From the NCBI GenBank assembly GCA_965219445.1, contig CBDCNQ010000005.1:1408001-1472000 (forward strand): a stretch of 64,000 nt of DNA, in the 5' to 3' direction. The notes under the pieces are model-generated. The model saw nothing but the letters and a program-made list of their open reading frames with translations. It was not told where the DNA came from and searched no databases. This document shows, one piece after another, positions 41,507-50,307 of the stretch. The DNA is from Longimicrobiales bacterium. Lineage in GTDB: Bacteria; Gemmatimonadota; Gemmatimonadetes; Longimicrobiales; Gaopeijiaceae. Made by a program: the position numbers and the translations under genes. How positions within the stretch are numbered: the stretch's first letter is position 1; each line of letters begins with the position of its first letter.

Positions 41507-42787
41507 CTACGAAATCTCACGATGATGCGGACCGCCTTGCCACGGCTGGAGCACCACCTTCACCGCGCCGCTCTTCCGGTGGTTCGCCGCCGCACGCAGC
41601 GCGTCCCGAAACTGCTCGAGCGGATAGACGTGCGTGACCATATCTTGGACGGGCGCCCCCGTCTCGAGCAGGAGATCGTGTGCGATCTCGAAGGTGTGCC
41701 GTCGCTCGCCCCGCCAGCTTTCCTGTCCGTAGCCGACCGCTCCCCGGATGCGGAGCTCTCTGGCCCAGACGAAGGTGAGATCCAGCTTCTTGAACTCGGC
41801 CACGCACCCGATGACCACGATGCGCCCGCGCGGTGAGGCGAAACCGAGCGACTGGGCGACGCTGCTCCGGTTACCGACACAGTCGTAGATGAGTGGAAAG
41901 CCACCCCCTGAGTAGACTTCGGGGCCCACTACGGGCATATAGGCAGACGCCCCGGTGTCGATTAACGCCTCTCGCGCGTCCAAACCCGGTGCCACCACGT
42001 CGGTAGCGCCCAACCTCCGGGCCAACTCCTGTTCATGTGCCCGCTTGGCCTGCGCCAGGATCGGGCCGTGGAAGCCGGTCGCCCGGAGGGCCCAAATGGT
42101 GGCCAGGGCGATCGTGCCACTCCCGATGACCAAGACCGGCTCCTGGTCCCTCGGAGGCGTGCGCAACACAGCGTGCAGGGCGATGGAGAGCGGCTCCAAA
42201 AGCACGGCCGCGTTGTCCGTCAACGCGTCGGCAACGGCAAAGACCTGGGACTCGTGGGCGAGCACGGTCTGGCCCCACCCACCCGGCAGATCTCGGTGAT
42301 AGCCGATTGTGAGGCCTCTTGAGAGCGGCTGATCTCCAATCAACGTGAGGCCCTCCTCGCCGGCCCGCTCACAGGTGCAGTGAAGCCCCTCGTAACAGGA
42401 GGGACACGGATTGTCGGGAGGGTATCCTCGGGTCGTGCACGAGATCATCGGGTCCACCGTCACCCGCTGGCCGGGCGACACCCTGGAGACCTGCGCACCG
42501 ACCGACCTCACCCTTCCCAGAATCTCATGCCCGAGCACCGCCGGGAACGAACCGAAGGGCTCCATCGCCGGGCTCGCGGAGTAGGTCAGGTTGCCGACAT
42601 CGCTTCCACAAATCCCCCCCGCGGTGACCTCGATCTCGACCCAGTCCGGCCCTGGCAGCTCCGGCTCGGGAAGATCGCGCATTCTTACGCCGCTGAGAAG
42701 CCCGAACAGAGCCGAATCCGTGACCCGCCCCGCCGTCTTCGCGAGAAGGAAGTGAGGCACAGATACGTTGAACGTGACTCCCTTCAT
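41507..42787 (-). CDS. Zinc-dependent medium-chain alcohol dehydrogenase
   Basis: GICGSD, GHE, four-Cys structural Zn site, EPLS, GSGTIA. Confidence 0.88.
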   Translation of the reverse strand: MKGVTFNVSVPHFLLAKTAGRVTDSALFGLLSGVRMRDLPEPELPGPDWVEIEVTAGGICGSDVGNLTYSASPAMEPFGSFPAVLGHEILGRVRSVGAQVSRVSPGQRVTVDPMISCTTRGYPPDNPCPSCYEGLHCTCERAGEEGLTLIGDQPLSRGLTIGYHRDLPGGWGQTVLAHESQVFAVADALTDNAAVLLEPLSIALHAVLRTPPRDQEPVLVIGSGTIALATIWALRATGFHGPILAQAKRAHEQELARRLGATDVVAPGLDAREALIDTGASAYMPVVGPEVYSGGGFPLIYDCVGNRSSVAQSLGFASPRGRIVVIGCVAEFKKLDLTFVWARELRIRGAVGYGQESWRGERRHTFEIAHDLLLETGAPVQDMVTHVYPLEQFRDALRAAANHRKSGAVKVVLQPWQGGPHHREIS

Positions 42788-42995
42788 GGTCGCGTGCTTC
42801 GCCTCCCGTTCGTTTCCAGCTTACTCTTCGCTTCGGGCACCGACTCGAGTCATGGCCTCGCCGTCGGGGGGGCCGGAGTCGAACGGGGACCAGTCTAGCT
42901 CCGGACGATTCGCCAAGCCACCAGTGGGTAGCCGCCAGTGGGTCGCAGTCCTCCGTCACGGAACTGCGGCCGGAGGCCGTGGGTTACAGGGGGTC

Positions 42996-44276
42996 ATGAC
43001 CAAGCGCACCGCCATCATCACGGGAATCCGTACGGCGTTCGTCCGGTCCGGGACCGTCTTCAAGGACCTGACGGCCATCGATCTGGGTGTGCTCGCCGTG
43101 CGTGAACTCATGGACCGAAGCGGTGTCCGTGGCGAGGACATGGGCCATCTTGTCTACGGGACCGTCGTGCACGATCCACACGCTCCCAACATCGCCCGCG
43201 AAGTCGGACTGGCCACCCTCCCCAAAACCGTGCCTGCCGTGACCGTCTCCCGGGCCTGCGCCACCGCCAATCAGTCGATCGCGGACGGCGCGAATCTCAT
43301 CGAGCGTGGCTACGCTGACGTCGTCGTCGCCGGGGGTGCCGAGTCGCTCACGCACATTCCGATCACCCTCAAGCACTCCTTCGCGCAAAAGCTGATCGGC
43401 GTCTCCAAGGCGAAGACGCTCGGCGCCCGGCTCGGTACACTGGCCAAGATCCGACCGAGGGACTTCGTGCCCAACTTCCCCCAGATCGCCGAGCCCACCA
43501 CCGGCGAAAGCATGGGTGAGTCCGCCGAGCGCATGGCCAAAGAGAACGGCATCAGTCGGTCTGATCAGGACGAGTGGGCACTCCGCTCTCATCAGCTCGC
43601 CTCGGCCGGTACGAGAGACGGGAGGCTCACCGCAGAGATCGGGCCCGTCTACTTGCCCCCGCGTTTCGAGACCGTCGTGGAGACCGACAACGGCATACGC
43701 ACCGACACCAGCGCAGAGGCCCTGGCCAAGCTGAGGCCCGTATTCGACCGAAAACACGGGAGCGTGACGGCCGGCAACGCTTCGCCTCTCACCGACGGGG
43801 GCTCGGCGGTCCTGATGATGTCCGAGGAGCGGGCGAGGGCGGACGGCCTCGAGCCAATGGGCTTCATCCGCAGCTACGCCTTCTCAGGCCTGGACCCAGG
43901 GGGGCAACTCCTCCAGGGACCCGCCTACGCCGCGCCGATGGCACTGGACCGTGCGGGCGTCACCATGGCGGACATCGGCCTCATGGAGATGCACGAGGCC
44001 TTCGCGGCGCAGGTGCTCTCGAACCTCCAGGCGCTCTCTTCTCAGAAGTTCGCCGAGGAGGAGTTGGGCCGAAGCCAAGCCGTGGGGCATCCGGACATCG
44101 AGCGCATCAACGTGATGGGCGGCTCCATCGCGATCGGCCATCCGTTCGGGGCAACCGGTGCCCGCATCACGACGACGCTGCTCAACGAGATGAAGCGGAG
44201 GGATGTGGAGTTCGGGTTGATCACGGTGTGTGCGGCGGGCGGGCTGGGGTTCGCGATGGTGGTGGAGCGGGCCTGA
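42996..44276 (+). CDS. fadI: 3-ketoacyl-CoA thiolase, FadI-type
   Basis: PNIARE, SRACAT, NASPLTDG, MHEAFAAQ, GHPFGATG, CAAGGLG; start ATG 42996. Confidence 0.88.
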   Translation: MTKRTAIITGIRTAFVRSGTVFKDLTAIDLGVLAVRELMDRSGVRGEDMGHLVYGTVVHDPHAPNIAREVGLATLPKTVPAVTVSRACATANQSIADGANLIERGYADVVVAGGAESLTHIPITLKHSFAQKLIGVSKAKTLGARLGTLAKIRPRDFVPNFPQIAEPTTGESMGESAERMAKENGISRSDQDEWALRSHQLASAGTRDGRLTAEIGPVYLPPRFETVVETDNGIRTDTSAEALAKLRPVFDRKHGSVTAGNASPLTDGGSAVLMMSEERARADGLEPMGFIRSYAFSGLDPGGQLLQGPAYAAPMALDRAGVTMADIGLMEMHEAFAAQVLSNLQALSSQKFAEEELGRSQAVGHPDIERINVMGGSIAIGHPFGATGARITTTLLNEMKRRDVEFGLITVCAAGGLGFAMVVERA

Positions 44277-44337
44277 GGAGGGAGATCTCCGATCGAGCTA
44301 CTGGCCGCCGGGAACGATCTCCTCCGAGCGACCGCTT

Positions 44338-44829
44338 CTACTCGCTCCCCAACTCCCTTTCCAAAGCCTCACGGTTTTCCCGCCGCCGTTTGCCGTCCTC
44401 GAACCTCTCCTTGTCCTCATCCGTGACGAGCTTCAGCCCAGGCACCGGCGCCGGTCGGCTGTTCTCGTCGATGGCCACGAAGGTCAGAAAACAGTCGTTG
44501 GTGTGACGTCGGCGACCCGTGATCGGATGCTCCGCCACGACACGGACGCCGATCTCCATCGAGGTACGGCCGACGTAGTTGACCCGCGCGCTGCATGTCA
44601 CGAACTCGCCCGTGTAGATCGGCTCCTTGAAGTCCACCTGGTTGATCGATACGGTCACACACGGCTGACGGGAATGGCGCATCGCCGTGACGGCAGCGGC
44701 CCGGTCCACCATCGAGAGCACAACGCCCCCGAAAACGTGGCCGAGGTTGTTGACGTCGCCCGGCATCATGAGCTCCGCGATCTCCGAGGCGGACTCGTCC
44801 GGGCTCTTGGCTTCTCGTTCTTCAGTCAT
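44338..44829 (-). CDS. Acyl-CoA thioesterase (YciA/hotdog fold)
   Basis: PGDVNNLGHVFGG, DRAAA, VGRTSMEIGV, TFVAID; start 44829 or 44841. Confidence 0.9.
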   Translation of the reverse strand: MTEEREAKSPDESASEIAELMMPGDVNNLGHVFGGVVLSMVDRAAAVTAMRHSRQPCVTVSINQVDFKEPIYTGEFVTCSARVNYVGRTSMEIGVRVVAEHPITGRRRHTNDCFLTFVAIDENSRPAPVPGLKLVTDEDKERFEDGKRRRENREALERELGSE

Positions 44830-45037
44830 CAGGGGACTCATCCTGGCTCTCGGACTCCGGAATCCATTCCTGCTGCGACACGGAAACGTGTGCACTCCGG
44901 GAAATCCAGATCTGGAAAGCTAAAAGGTGAGCCTGGCTCGGGGCTACCCGGTGTTCACGCGGGTGCGCCGAGGGCACCGGCGGGTACGGCAAAGGGACAC
45001 CGGCGGGCGCCCCCATTTGAGTAGCCCCCGGCCTCCC

Positions 45038-45066
45038 TTGTCCTTCGGCACCCGCCTCACTAGCGT
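45038..45066 (+). promoter_or_regulatory. Putative sigma70 promoter of the DUF305-LVIVD genes
   Basis: TTGTCC-N17-TAGCGT, ATG 10 nt downstream. Confidence 0.45.
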
Positions 45067-45076
45067 ACTGCCCCTC

Positions 45077-45751
45077 ATGAGGAATTTCCTTGGACCGATT
45101 TCAGGCGCCTTCCCTCTCTCAGCCGCCCTCGCAACGGTCGCAGTCGTCGCTGCGCTGCCCGCGAGCGCACAGGATCTGCCGCCAGTCATCGTGCAGCCAG
45201 GCGCCCCCGGTGAGCCGACTCGCACGCTCACTGCCGAGGCGGCGGCCGCCCTCGGGCAGCCGGTACACGTCGAAGCGGACGTTCGCTTCATGCAGGGGAT
45301 GATCCACCACCACGCCCAAGCCCTGGAGATGACCGACCTGCTATCGAGCCGCACCGCGAGTGAAGAGATGCGACTGCTCGCCCAGCGGATCGACATCTCA
45401 CAGACCGACGAGATCGTGATGATGGCGCGGTGGCTGGAGTCCCGCGGTGAGGACGTCCCCGGCTTGCCTGAAGAGGAGGCCTCGCCCCTCAATGACGACC
45501 AACTCATGCCCGGAATGCTCACGGAGGGGCAGATGGCTCAGTTGGCCTCAGCGACGGGCGAGACGTTCGACCGCCTTTTCTTGGAGTTCATGATCGTCCA
45601 CCACGAGGGCGCGTTGACGATGGTAAGTGAACTCTTCCTGGTCTCTGGGGCCGGCCAGGAGCCGGTGATCTTTCAGTTCGCCTCCGACGTCGACGCCGAC
45701 CAGACCGCGGAGATCGGGCGGATGAACACGATGCTGCAGGCACGGCGATGA
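45077..45751 (+). CDS. Exported DUF305 (ferritin-like four-helix) protein
   Basis: Signal peptide; VQPGAPG, FMQGMIHHHAQA, MPGM, FLEFMIVHHEGA, Q..EI..M. Confidence 0.88.
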   Translation: MRNFLGPISGAFPLSAALATVAVVAALPASAQDLPPVIVQPGAPGEPTRTLTAEAAAALGQPVHVEADVRFMQGMIHHHAQALEMTDLLSSRTASEEMRLLAQRIDISQTDEIVMMARWLESRGEDVPGLPEEEASPLNDDQLMPGMLTEGQMAQLASATGETFDRLFLEFMIVHHEGALTMVSELFLVSGAGQEPVIFQFASDVDADQTAEIGRMNTMLQARR

Positions 45752-45752
45752 C

Positions 45753-45781
45753 CCGATACCCCACACGCCGATACCCCACAC
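45753..45781. repeat. Tandem 14-bp direct repeat CCGATACCCCACAC x2
   Basis: 45753-45766 and 45768-45781, between DUF305 stop and next SD. Confidence 0.85.
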
Positions 45782-45794
45782 CTAAGAGGCCTGC

Positions 45795-47591
45795 ATGAAA
45801 ATCCGGTCCACCCTGTCCTGTCTTATGCTAGCCGCGGCCGTCTCCTTGGTCGGCGCAACCCTGGCGGCCGCCCAAGATGCGGCGCCGTCCGCTGATCCCC
45901 GTGTAGGGCTCGCCGCCGGTTGGCACGACGCCGCCTCTGCGATCAGCAACCTCGAGCTGTTGGCATCGGTGCCAAAGGGCGTGGCCTTCGTGAACCCCGA
46001 TTCGGCGTTCGGGAGCGGGTATTCCAACTCGGACATCGCGTTCACGGCGAACTATGCGATCCAGGGCAACTACCGGGGCTTTCAGATCTACGACATCGAG
46101 GACCCGCTCAACCCGACGCTACGGACCGCGGTGGTGTGCCCCGGGGACCAGAGTGACCCCTCCGTCTTCGGCGACCTTCTCTTCATATCGGTACAGGCCC
46201 TGAGCGCGCGGCTCGACTGCGGAACGCAAGGCGTCGCGGACTCGATCAGCGCCGAACGTTTCAGGGGCATCCGCATCTTCGACATCAGCGACATCCGGAG
46301 TCCCAGACAGGTCGCGGCCGTGCAAACGTGCCGGGGCTCCCACACGCATACGGTCGTCGAAGATCCCAGAGACGACGAGAACGTCTACATCTACGTGCAG
46401 GGCACGGGTTCCGTACGCCCCCGCGAAGAGTTGGAGGGTTGTTCGGGCCTTGGGGCAGAAGACCCGAACACGTCCCTTTTCCGCATCGAGGTGATCCGGG
46501 TGCCGCTCGCCCGGCCCCAGGATGCCGCGGTCGTGAACGAGCCTCGCATCTTCGCCAACGAGCAGACGGGGGACATCGCCGGCCTGTGGGGCGGCGGTGA
46601 CCATGGCCCGGGAACCCAAACGTCGAGGGAAACCAACCGGTGCCACGACATTACGGCGTATCCCGCGATTGGATTGGCCGCCGGGGCCTGCGGCGGAAAC
46701 GGCATCCTCCTGGACATCTCGGATCCGGTGAACCCGTACCGCATCGACGAAGTCGTGGACCCGGGGTTCGCGTCCTGGCACTCGGCGACGTTCAGCAACG
46801 ACGGTACCAAGGTGATCTTCACAGACGAGTGGGGCGGGGGTAGTCAACCCCGCTGCCGCGACACGGACCCACTCACTTGGGGCGCAGACGCCATCTTCGA
46901 TATCGTCGGCCGCAAGCTTCTCTTCGCGGGCTACTACAAGATGAGTGCCCCCCAGACCGAGGAGGAAAATTGCGTGGCCCACAACGGGTCGCTCATTCCC
47001 GTGCCCGGTCGGGACATCAAGGTCCAGGGCTGGTACCAGGGCGGCTTGTCGGTTTTCGATTTCACGGATCCGGCGAACCCCATCGAGATTGCGTACTTCG
47101 ACCGCGGCCCGGTCACCGACCTGCAGCTGGTGTCGGGTGGTTACTGGTCGACGTATTGGTACAACGGCTTCATCTACGGAGCGGAGATCTCCAGGGGCTT
47201 CGACGTGTTCCGTCTGGTGCCCAGCGTGCACCTGAGCCAGAACGAGATCGACGCGGCGGTCGAGGTTCGCATGACCGTGTTCAACACGCAGCACCAGCCC
47301 AAGATCGTTTGGGAGCCCACGCTTGCCGTGGCGCGCGCCTACCTCGACCAACTCATGAGGAGCGACGCCATCCGGGCCGACCGGGCCGTGAGCATCGCGG
47401 GCGCCTTGGACCGGTTCGAGCGGCTGGGGAGCGGGCCGGAGCGGACGGAGCTGTTGGCGCAGCTCCAGCAGACGGCATTCGATCTGGAGAGCGACTCACG
47501 GGTTTCGGTCGCCGGCGACCGGCCCACCCATCGGAGTCGTATGCGCTTGCTCGCCGCAACGCTGAGGGGCCTGGCCGGCTCGGTGCGCTGA
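45795..47591 (+). CDS. Exported LVIVD-repeat beta-propeller protein
   Basis: Signal peptide; NSDIAF, CRGSHTHT, CHDIT, WHSATF, TDEWGGG, NCVAHNG, WYQGG, IAYFDRGP. Confidence 0.8.
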   Translation: MKIRSTLSCLMLAAAVSLVGATLAAAQDAAPSADPRVGLAAGWHDAASAISNLELLASVPKGVAFVNPDSAFGSGYSNSDIAFTANYAIQGNYRGFQIYDIEDPLNPTLRTAVVCPGDQSDPSVFGDLLFISVQALSARLDCGTQGVADSISAERFRGIRIFDISDIRSPRQVAAVQTCRGSHTHTVVEDPRDDENVYIYVQGTGSVRPREELEGCSGLGAEDPNTSLFRIEVIRVPLARPQDAAVVNEPRIFANEQTGDIAGLWGGGDHGPGTQTSRETNRCHDITAYPAIGLAAGACGGNGILLDISDPVNPYRIDEVVDPGFASWHSATFSNDGTKVIFTDEWGGGSQPRCRDTDPLTWGADAIFDIVGRKLLFAGYYKMSAPQTEEENCVAHNGSLIPVPGRDIKVQGWYQGGLSVFDFTDPANPIEIAYFDRGPVTDLQLVSGGYWSTYWYNGFIYGAEISRGFDVFRLVPSVHLSQNEIDAAVEVRMTVFNTQHQPKIVWEPTLAVARAYLDQLMRSDAIRADRAVSIAGALDRFERLGSGPERTELLAQLQQTAFDLESDSRVSVAGDRPTHRSRMRLLAATLRGLAGSVR

Positions 47592-47644
47592 GGGCGGAGG
47601 GTGCACCCCGCGCGGCGTGATCCGAAGAGCCTCCTCCATCTGCC

Positions 47645-49168
47645 ATGATGCAGAAGAACCTGACGCAGCGGATCGGCTTGGCACTCGGACCGATTCTGTT
47701 CTTCGTGATCAACTTCCTCGAGCTGGAACCGGGAAACCCGGCCCTCACGCGCATGGCCGCCGTGGCGGCCCTGATGGCCACCTGGTGGATCACCGAAGCG
47801 ATTCCGCTGTTCGCCACCGCGCTCCTGCCCCTCGTGCTCTATCCCCTGCTCGAGATCGAGCGGGGGGGAGGCACGGCGCCCATCTACTTCAACAGCACGA
47901 TCGTGCTGTTTCTGGGCGGCTTCATGATCGCCCTGACCATGGAGAAGTGGAATCTGCACCGCCGAATCGCCCTCACGATCATCCGGGCGATCGGCGGCGG
48001 GCCGTCCCGAATCGTGCTGGGCTTCATGGTGGCCGCAGCGTTCCTGTCCATGTGGGTCTCCAATACGGCCACCGCCATCATGATGGTGCCGATCGGGCTC
48101 GCCATCATCCTCGAGATGGAGAAGGACTTCGGAGAGGACGCTACGCACACTTTCGCGGTGGGCGTCATGCTCGGCATCGCGTACGCGTGCTCGATCGGAG
48201 GAATCGCGACGCTGGTGGGAACGCCCCCCAACCTCTCGCTGGCCCGGATCTTCGAGATCACGTTTCCCGACGCGCCGCCTCTGGTCTTCGGCCAGTGGAT
48301 GGTGATGGCACTGCCCATTTCGATCGTCATGTTGGTGATCGCCTGGCTGCTCATCACCAAGGTCTTCTTCCGCGTGCCGGAGCACATCACCGTGGACCAA
48401 ACCGTTGTTGAGGAGCAGGCGAAGGCGCTCGGACCGGTGGCGTATGAAGAGAAGGCAGTGCTCGTCGTCTTCGGGCTCACCGCGTTCCTTTGGGTGTTCC
48501 GGCTGCCCCTCCAACTCGGCTTCATCACCATACCGGGCTGGTCCCAACTGCTTCCCTACGCCGACCTGATCGATGACGGAACCGTCGCCATCGCCATGGC
48601 CTCACTTCTGTTCCTCATTCCGACGCGCACGCAGGACGCGCCCGCCCCGACCCTGGCGGGCAGAGACATCATCCCACGCCTGCCGTGGGACATCGTGCTC
48701 CTCTTCGGGGGCGGGTTCGCGCTCGCCTACGGCTTTCAGGTCACGGGGCTGTCCATTCTGATCGGCAATAGCTTCGCCGGCCTCGCGGGCGTGCCGCCCT
48801 TTGTGCTGGTCCTGATAGTCTGCCTGTCGATCACGTTCCTCACGGAATTGACGTCCAATACGGCCACCACGGAGATGATCCTGCCGATCCTGGCCTCCGT
48901 GGCCGTCGCGACGAACGTGCACCCTCTGTTGTTGATGATCCCCGCGACTCTGTCCGCCTCGTGCGCGTTCATGATGCCCGTGGCCACACCGCCCAACGCC
49001 ATCATCTTCGGAAGCGACCGGGTCCGGATTCCGGAGATGGCCAAGATCGGACTCGTGCTGAACCTGATCGGGGCCTTGGTGATTACTGTCGCATTTATGG
49101 TCCTGGGAACCGCGATCTTCGGGATCGAGTCGGGGGTGATGCCGGAGTGGGCGGTGTTGGGGGGGTAG
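47645..49168 (+). CDS. DASS/SLC13 sodium:dicarboxylate symporter
   Basis: WWITEAIP, two SNTAT motifs, GTPPN, PVATPPN. Confidence 0.92.
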   Translation: MMQKNLTQRIGLALGPILFFVINFLELEPGNPALTRMAAVAALMATWWITEAIPLFATALLPLVLYPLLEIERGGGTAPIYFNSTIVLFLGGFMIALTMEKWNLHRRIALTIIRAIGGGPSRIVLGFMVAAAFLSMWVSNTATAIMMVPIGLAIILEMEKDFGEDATHTFAVGVMLGIAYACSIGGIATLVGTPPNLSLARIFEITFPDAPPLVFGQWMVMALPISIVMLVIAWLLITKVFFRVPEHITVDQTVVEEQAKALGPVAYEEKAVLVVFGLTAFLWVFRLPLQLGFITIPGWSQLLPYADLIDDGTVAIAMASLLFLIPTRTQDAPAPTLAGRDIIPRLPWDIVLLFGGGFALAYGFQVTGLSILIGNSFAGLAGVPPFVLVLIVCLSITFLTELTSNTATTEMILPILASVAVATNVHPLLLMIPATLSASCAFMMPVATPPNAIIFGSDRVRIPEMAKIGLVLNLIGALVITVAFMVLGTAIFGIESGVMPEWAVLGG

Positions 49169-49240
49169 AAGTAGTCGGGCGCCTCAGGGCTCGAAGGCGA
49201 CACACGCGTTCCCGCGGGAACGTCGAGGCGCGGTAGCGGC

Positions 49241-49651
49241 TCAGGGCTCGCCCGCGGCCTCCGCGAGACGCTGGTCTGCGGTGAGGAGCTCGAGCCCCTC
49301 GATATGCCTTCGAGCGAGGAGGTAGGTCGAGAGGTGGAGCGCATCCAACGTGCGGAGCGACTTGGTGGGAGCGACCCGTTCCGCAAGCTCACACACCTGC
49401 GCCGTGAGTCCCCATACGTCACAGCGCGCCCAAAGGGCATCCAGCTCTCTGGTCGCGTCCGCGAGCGCCTGCTCGCTCACGAGCCCCCGCGTGCGAACCC
49501 GAAGGACGGCCCGGGCAGCCTCGACCAGCGACAGTCGAGAGGTGACGAGCAGGGTGGCGTTTTTGATGCGCTCCTCGACCTTCGGGCTGGTACCTGCCTC
49601 CAGAAGCGCGCGGAGTACGGCGGAGGTGTCTAGATAGAGGGGCACCGTCAT
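49241..49651 (-). CDS. vapC: PIN-domain (VapC-type) toxin
   Basis: YLDTSA, E in SLVEA, LRTLDALHL, LLTADQRL; ATGA overlap with antitoxin. Confidence 0.88.
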   Translation of the reverse strand: MTVPLYLDTSAVLRALLEAGTSPKVEERIKNATLLVTSRLSLVEAARAVLRVRTRGLVSEQALADATRELDALWARCDVWGLTAQVCELAERVAPTKSLRTLDALHLSTYLLARRHIEGLELLTADQRLAEAAGEP

Positions 49652-49962
49652 GAGTCGCTGGGAGACCAATCGCGTCGCAGCTCGTCGAGCAGCTCGGCCG
49701 CGCTATCCTCCGGCAGCCCGAGCCCGCACGTTTGCCACGTCCAATCGTTCTTTGGCGTCCGAGCCCGTTGAAGCTCGCCCGCTTGGGCCAGGCCCTCCAG
49801 GATGTCCTCGATGTCGTCGCGTGGTGGAAGGCGGCCGGACACCGGACGGATCTCGGCGATGACCTCGTCGCGATCGGTTACCAGGAGGGTCTCCCCCGCC
49901 TTAACCGCGCGCAAATACTCGGACAGCTTGGCCTTCAGCTTCTTCACGCCCACAGCCTTCAT
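49648..49962 (-). CDS. Phd/YefM-family antitoxin
   Basis: MKAVGVKKLKAKLSEYLRAVKAGETLLVTDRDEVIAEI. Confidence 0.88.
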   Translation of the reverse strand: MKAVGVKKLKAKLSEYLRAVKAGETLLVTDRDEVIAEIRPVSGRLPPRDDIEDILEGLAQAGELQRARTPKNDWTWQTCGLGLPEDSAAELLDELRRDWSPSDS

Positions 49963-49968
49963 AACCGA

Positions 49969-49997
49969 AAGGTAGTCACTAGTAGTTACCACTACAA
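49969..49997 (-). promoter_or_regulatory. TA promoter (leaderless) with candidate operator repeats
   Basis: TTGTAG-N17-TACCTT 6 nt before the ATG; GTAACTAC-TA-GTGACTAC near-palindromic repeats in the spacer and over the -10. Confidence 0.65.
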
Positions 49998-50043
49998 CCA
50001 CGACCTCGATGGATGATGGGAGAAGACATGGGGCGCTGGAATG

Positions 50044-50071
50044 TTGACATGCCACACAGCTTCGCTATCGT
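50044..50071 (+). promoter_or_regulatory. Putative sigma70 promoter of the pro operon leader
   Basis: TTGACA-N16-TATCGT, ATG 7 nt downstream at 50079. Confidence 0.6.
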
Positions 50072-50078
50072 CCGTCAC

Positions 50079-50227
50079 ATGATCTTTTCGACCATTTCGA
50101 CAGCTCTTTGACCCTTTCGACCGAACTGACCGTGAACCAGCACGTACGACCGCGACGCCGACCGCGAACCGACCGTCCACTTCCCAGGGAGCGGGCGCGT
50201 CCTGTCTTGCGTGGGGAGATTCGATAG
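50079..50227 (+). other. Candidate leader uORFs: MIFSTISTAL* (50079-50111) coupled by TTGA overlap to a 39-aa Pro/Arg-rich uORF (50108-50227)
   Basis: Read from the sequence; lies between the promoter and a terminator that precedes proC. Confidence 0.4.
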
Positions 50228-50258
50228 AACCACCTTCAACCCCCTAGACCTGACGTTC

Positions 50259-50289
50259 GCCGGCCCCCATTCCAGGAGCCGGTTTTTTT
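50259..50289 (+). terminator. Intrinsic terminator in the 5' leader of proC (attenuator-like)
   Basis: GCCGGCCCC-cattcca-GGAGCCGG then T7; ends 18 nt before the proC ATG with no upstream co-oriented gene. Confidence 0.75.
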
Positions 50290-50307
50290 GTTTCCGAGAG
50301 GTTTCCG

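Noticed and set aside
50225..50245. T-box-like AAGGTGGT sequence near proC
   Set aside because: It is on the minus strand, opposite to the pro transcript, and no stem I elements are visible
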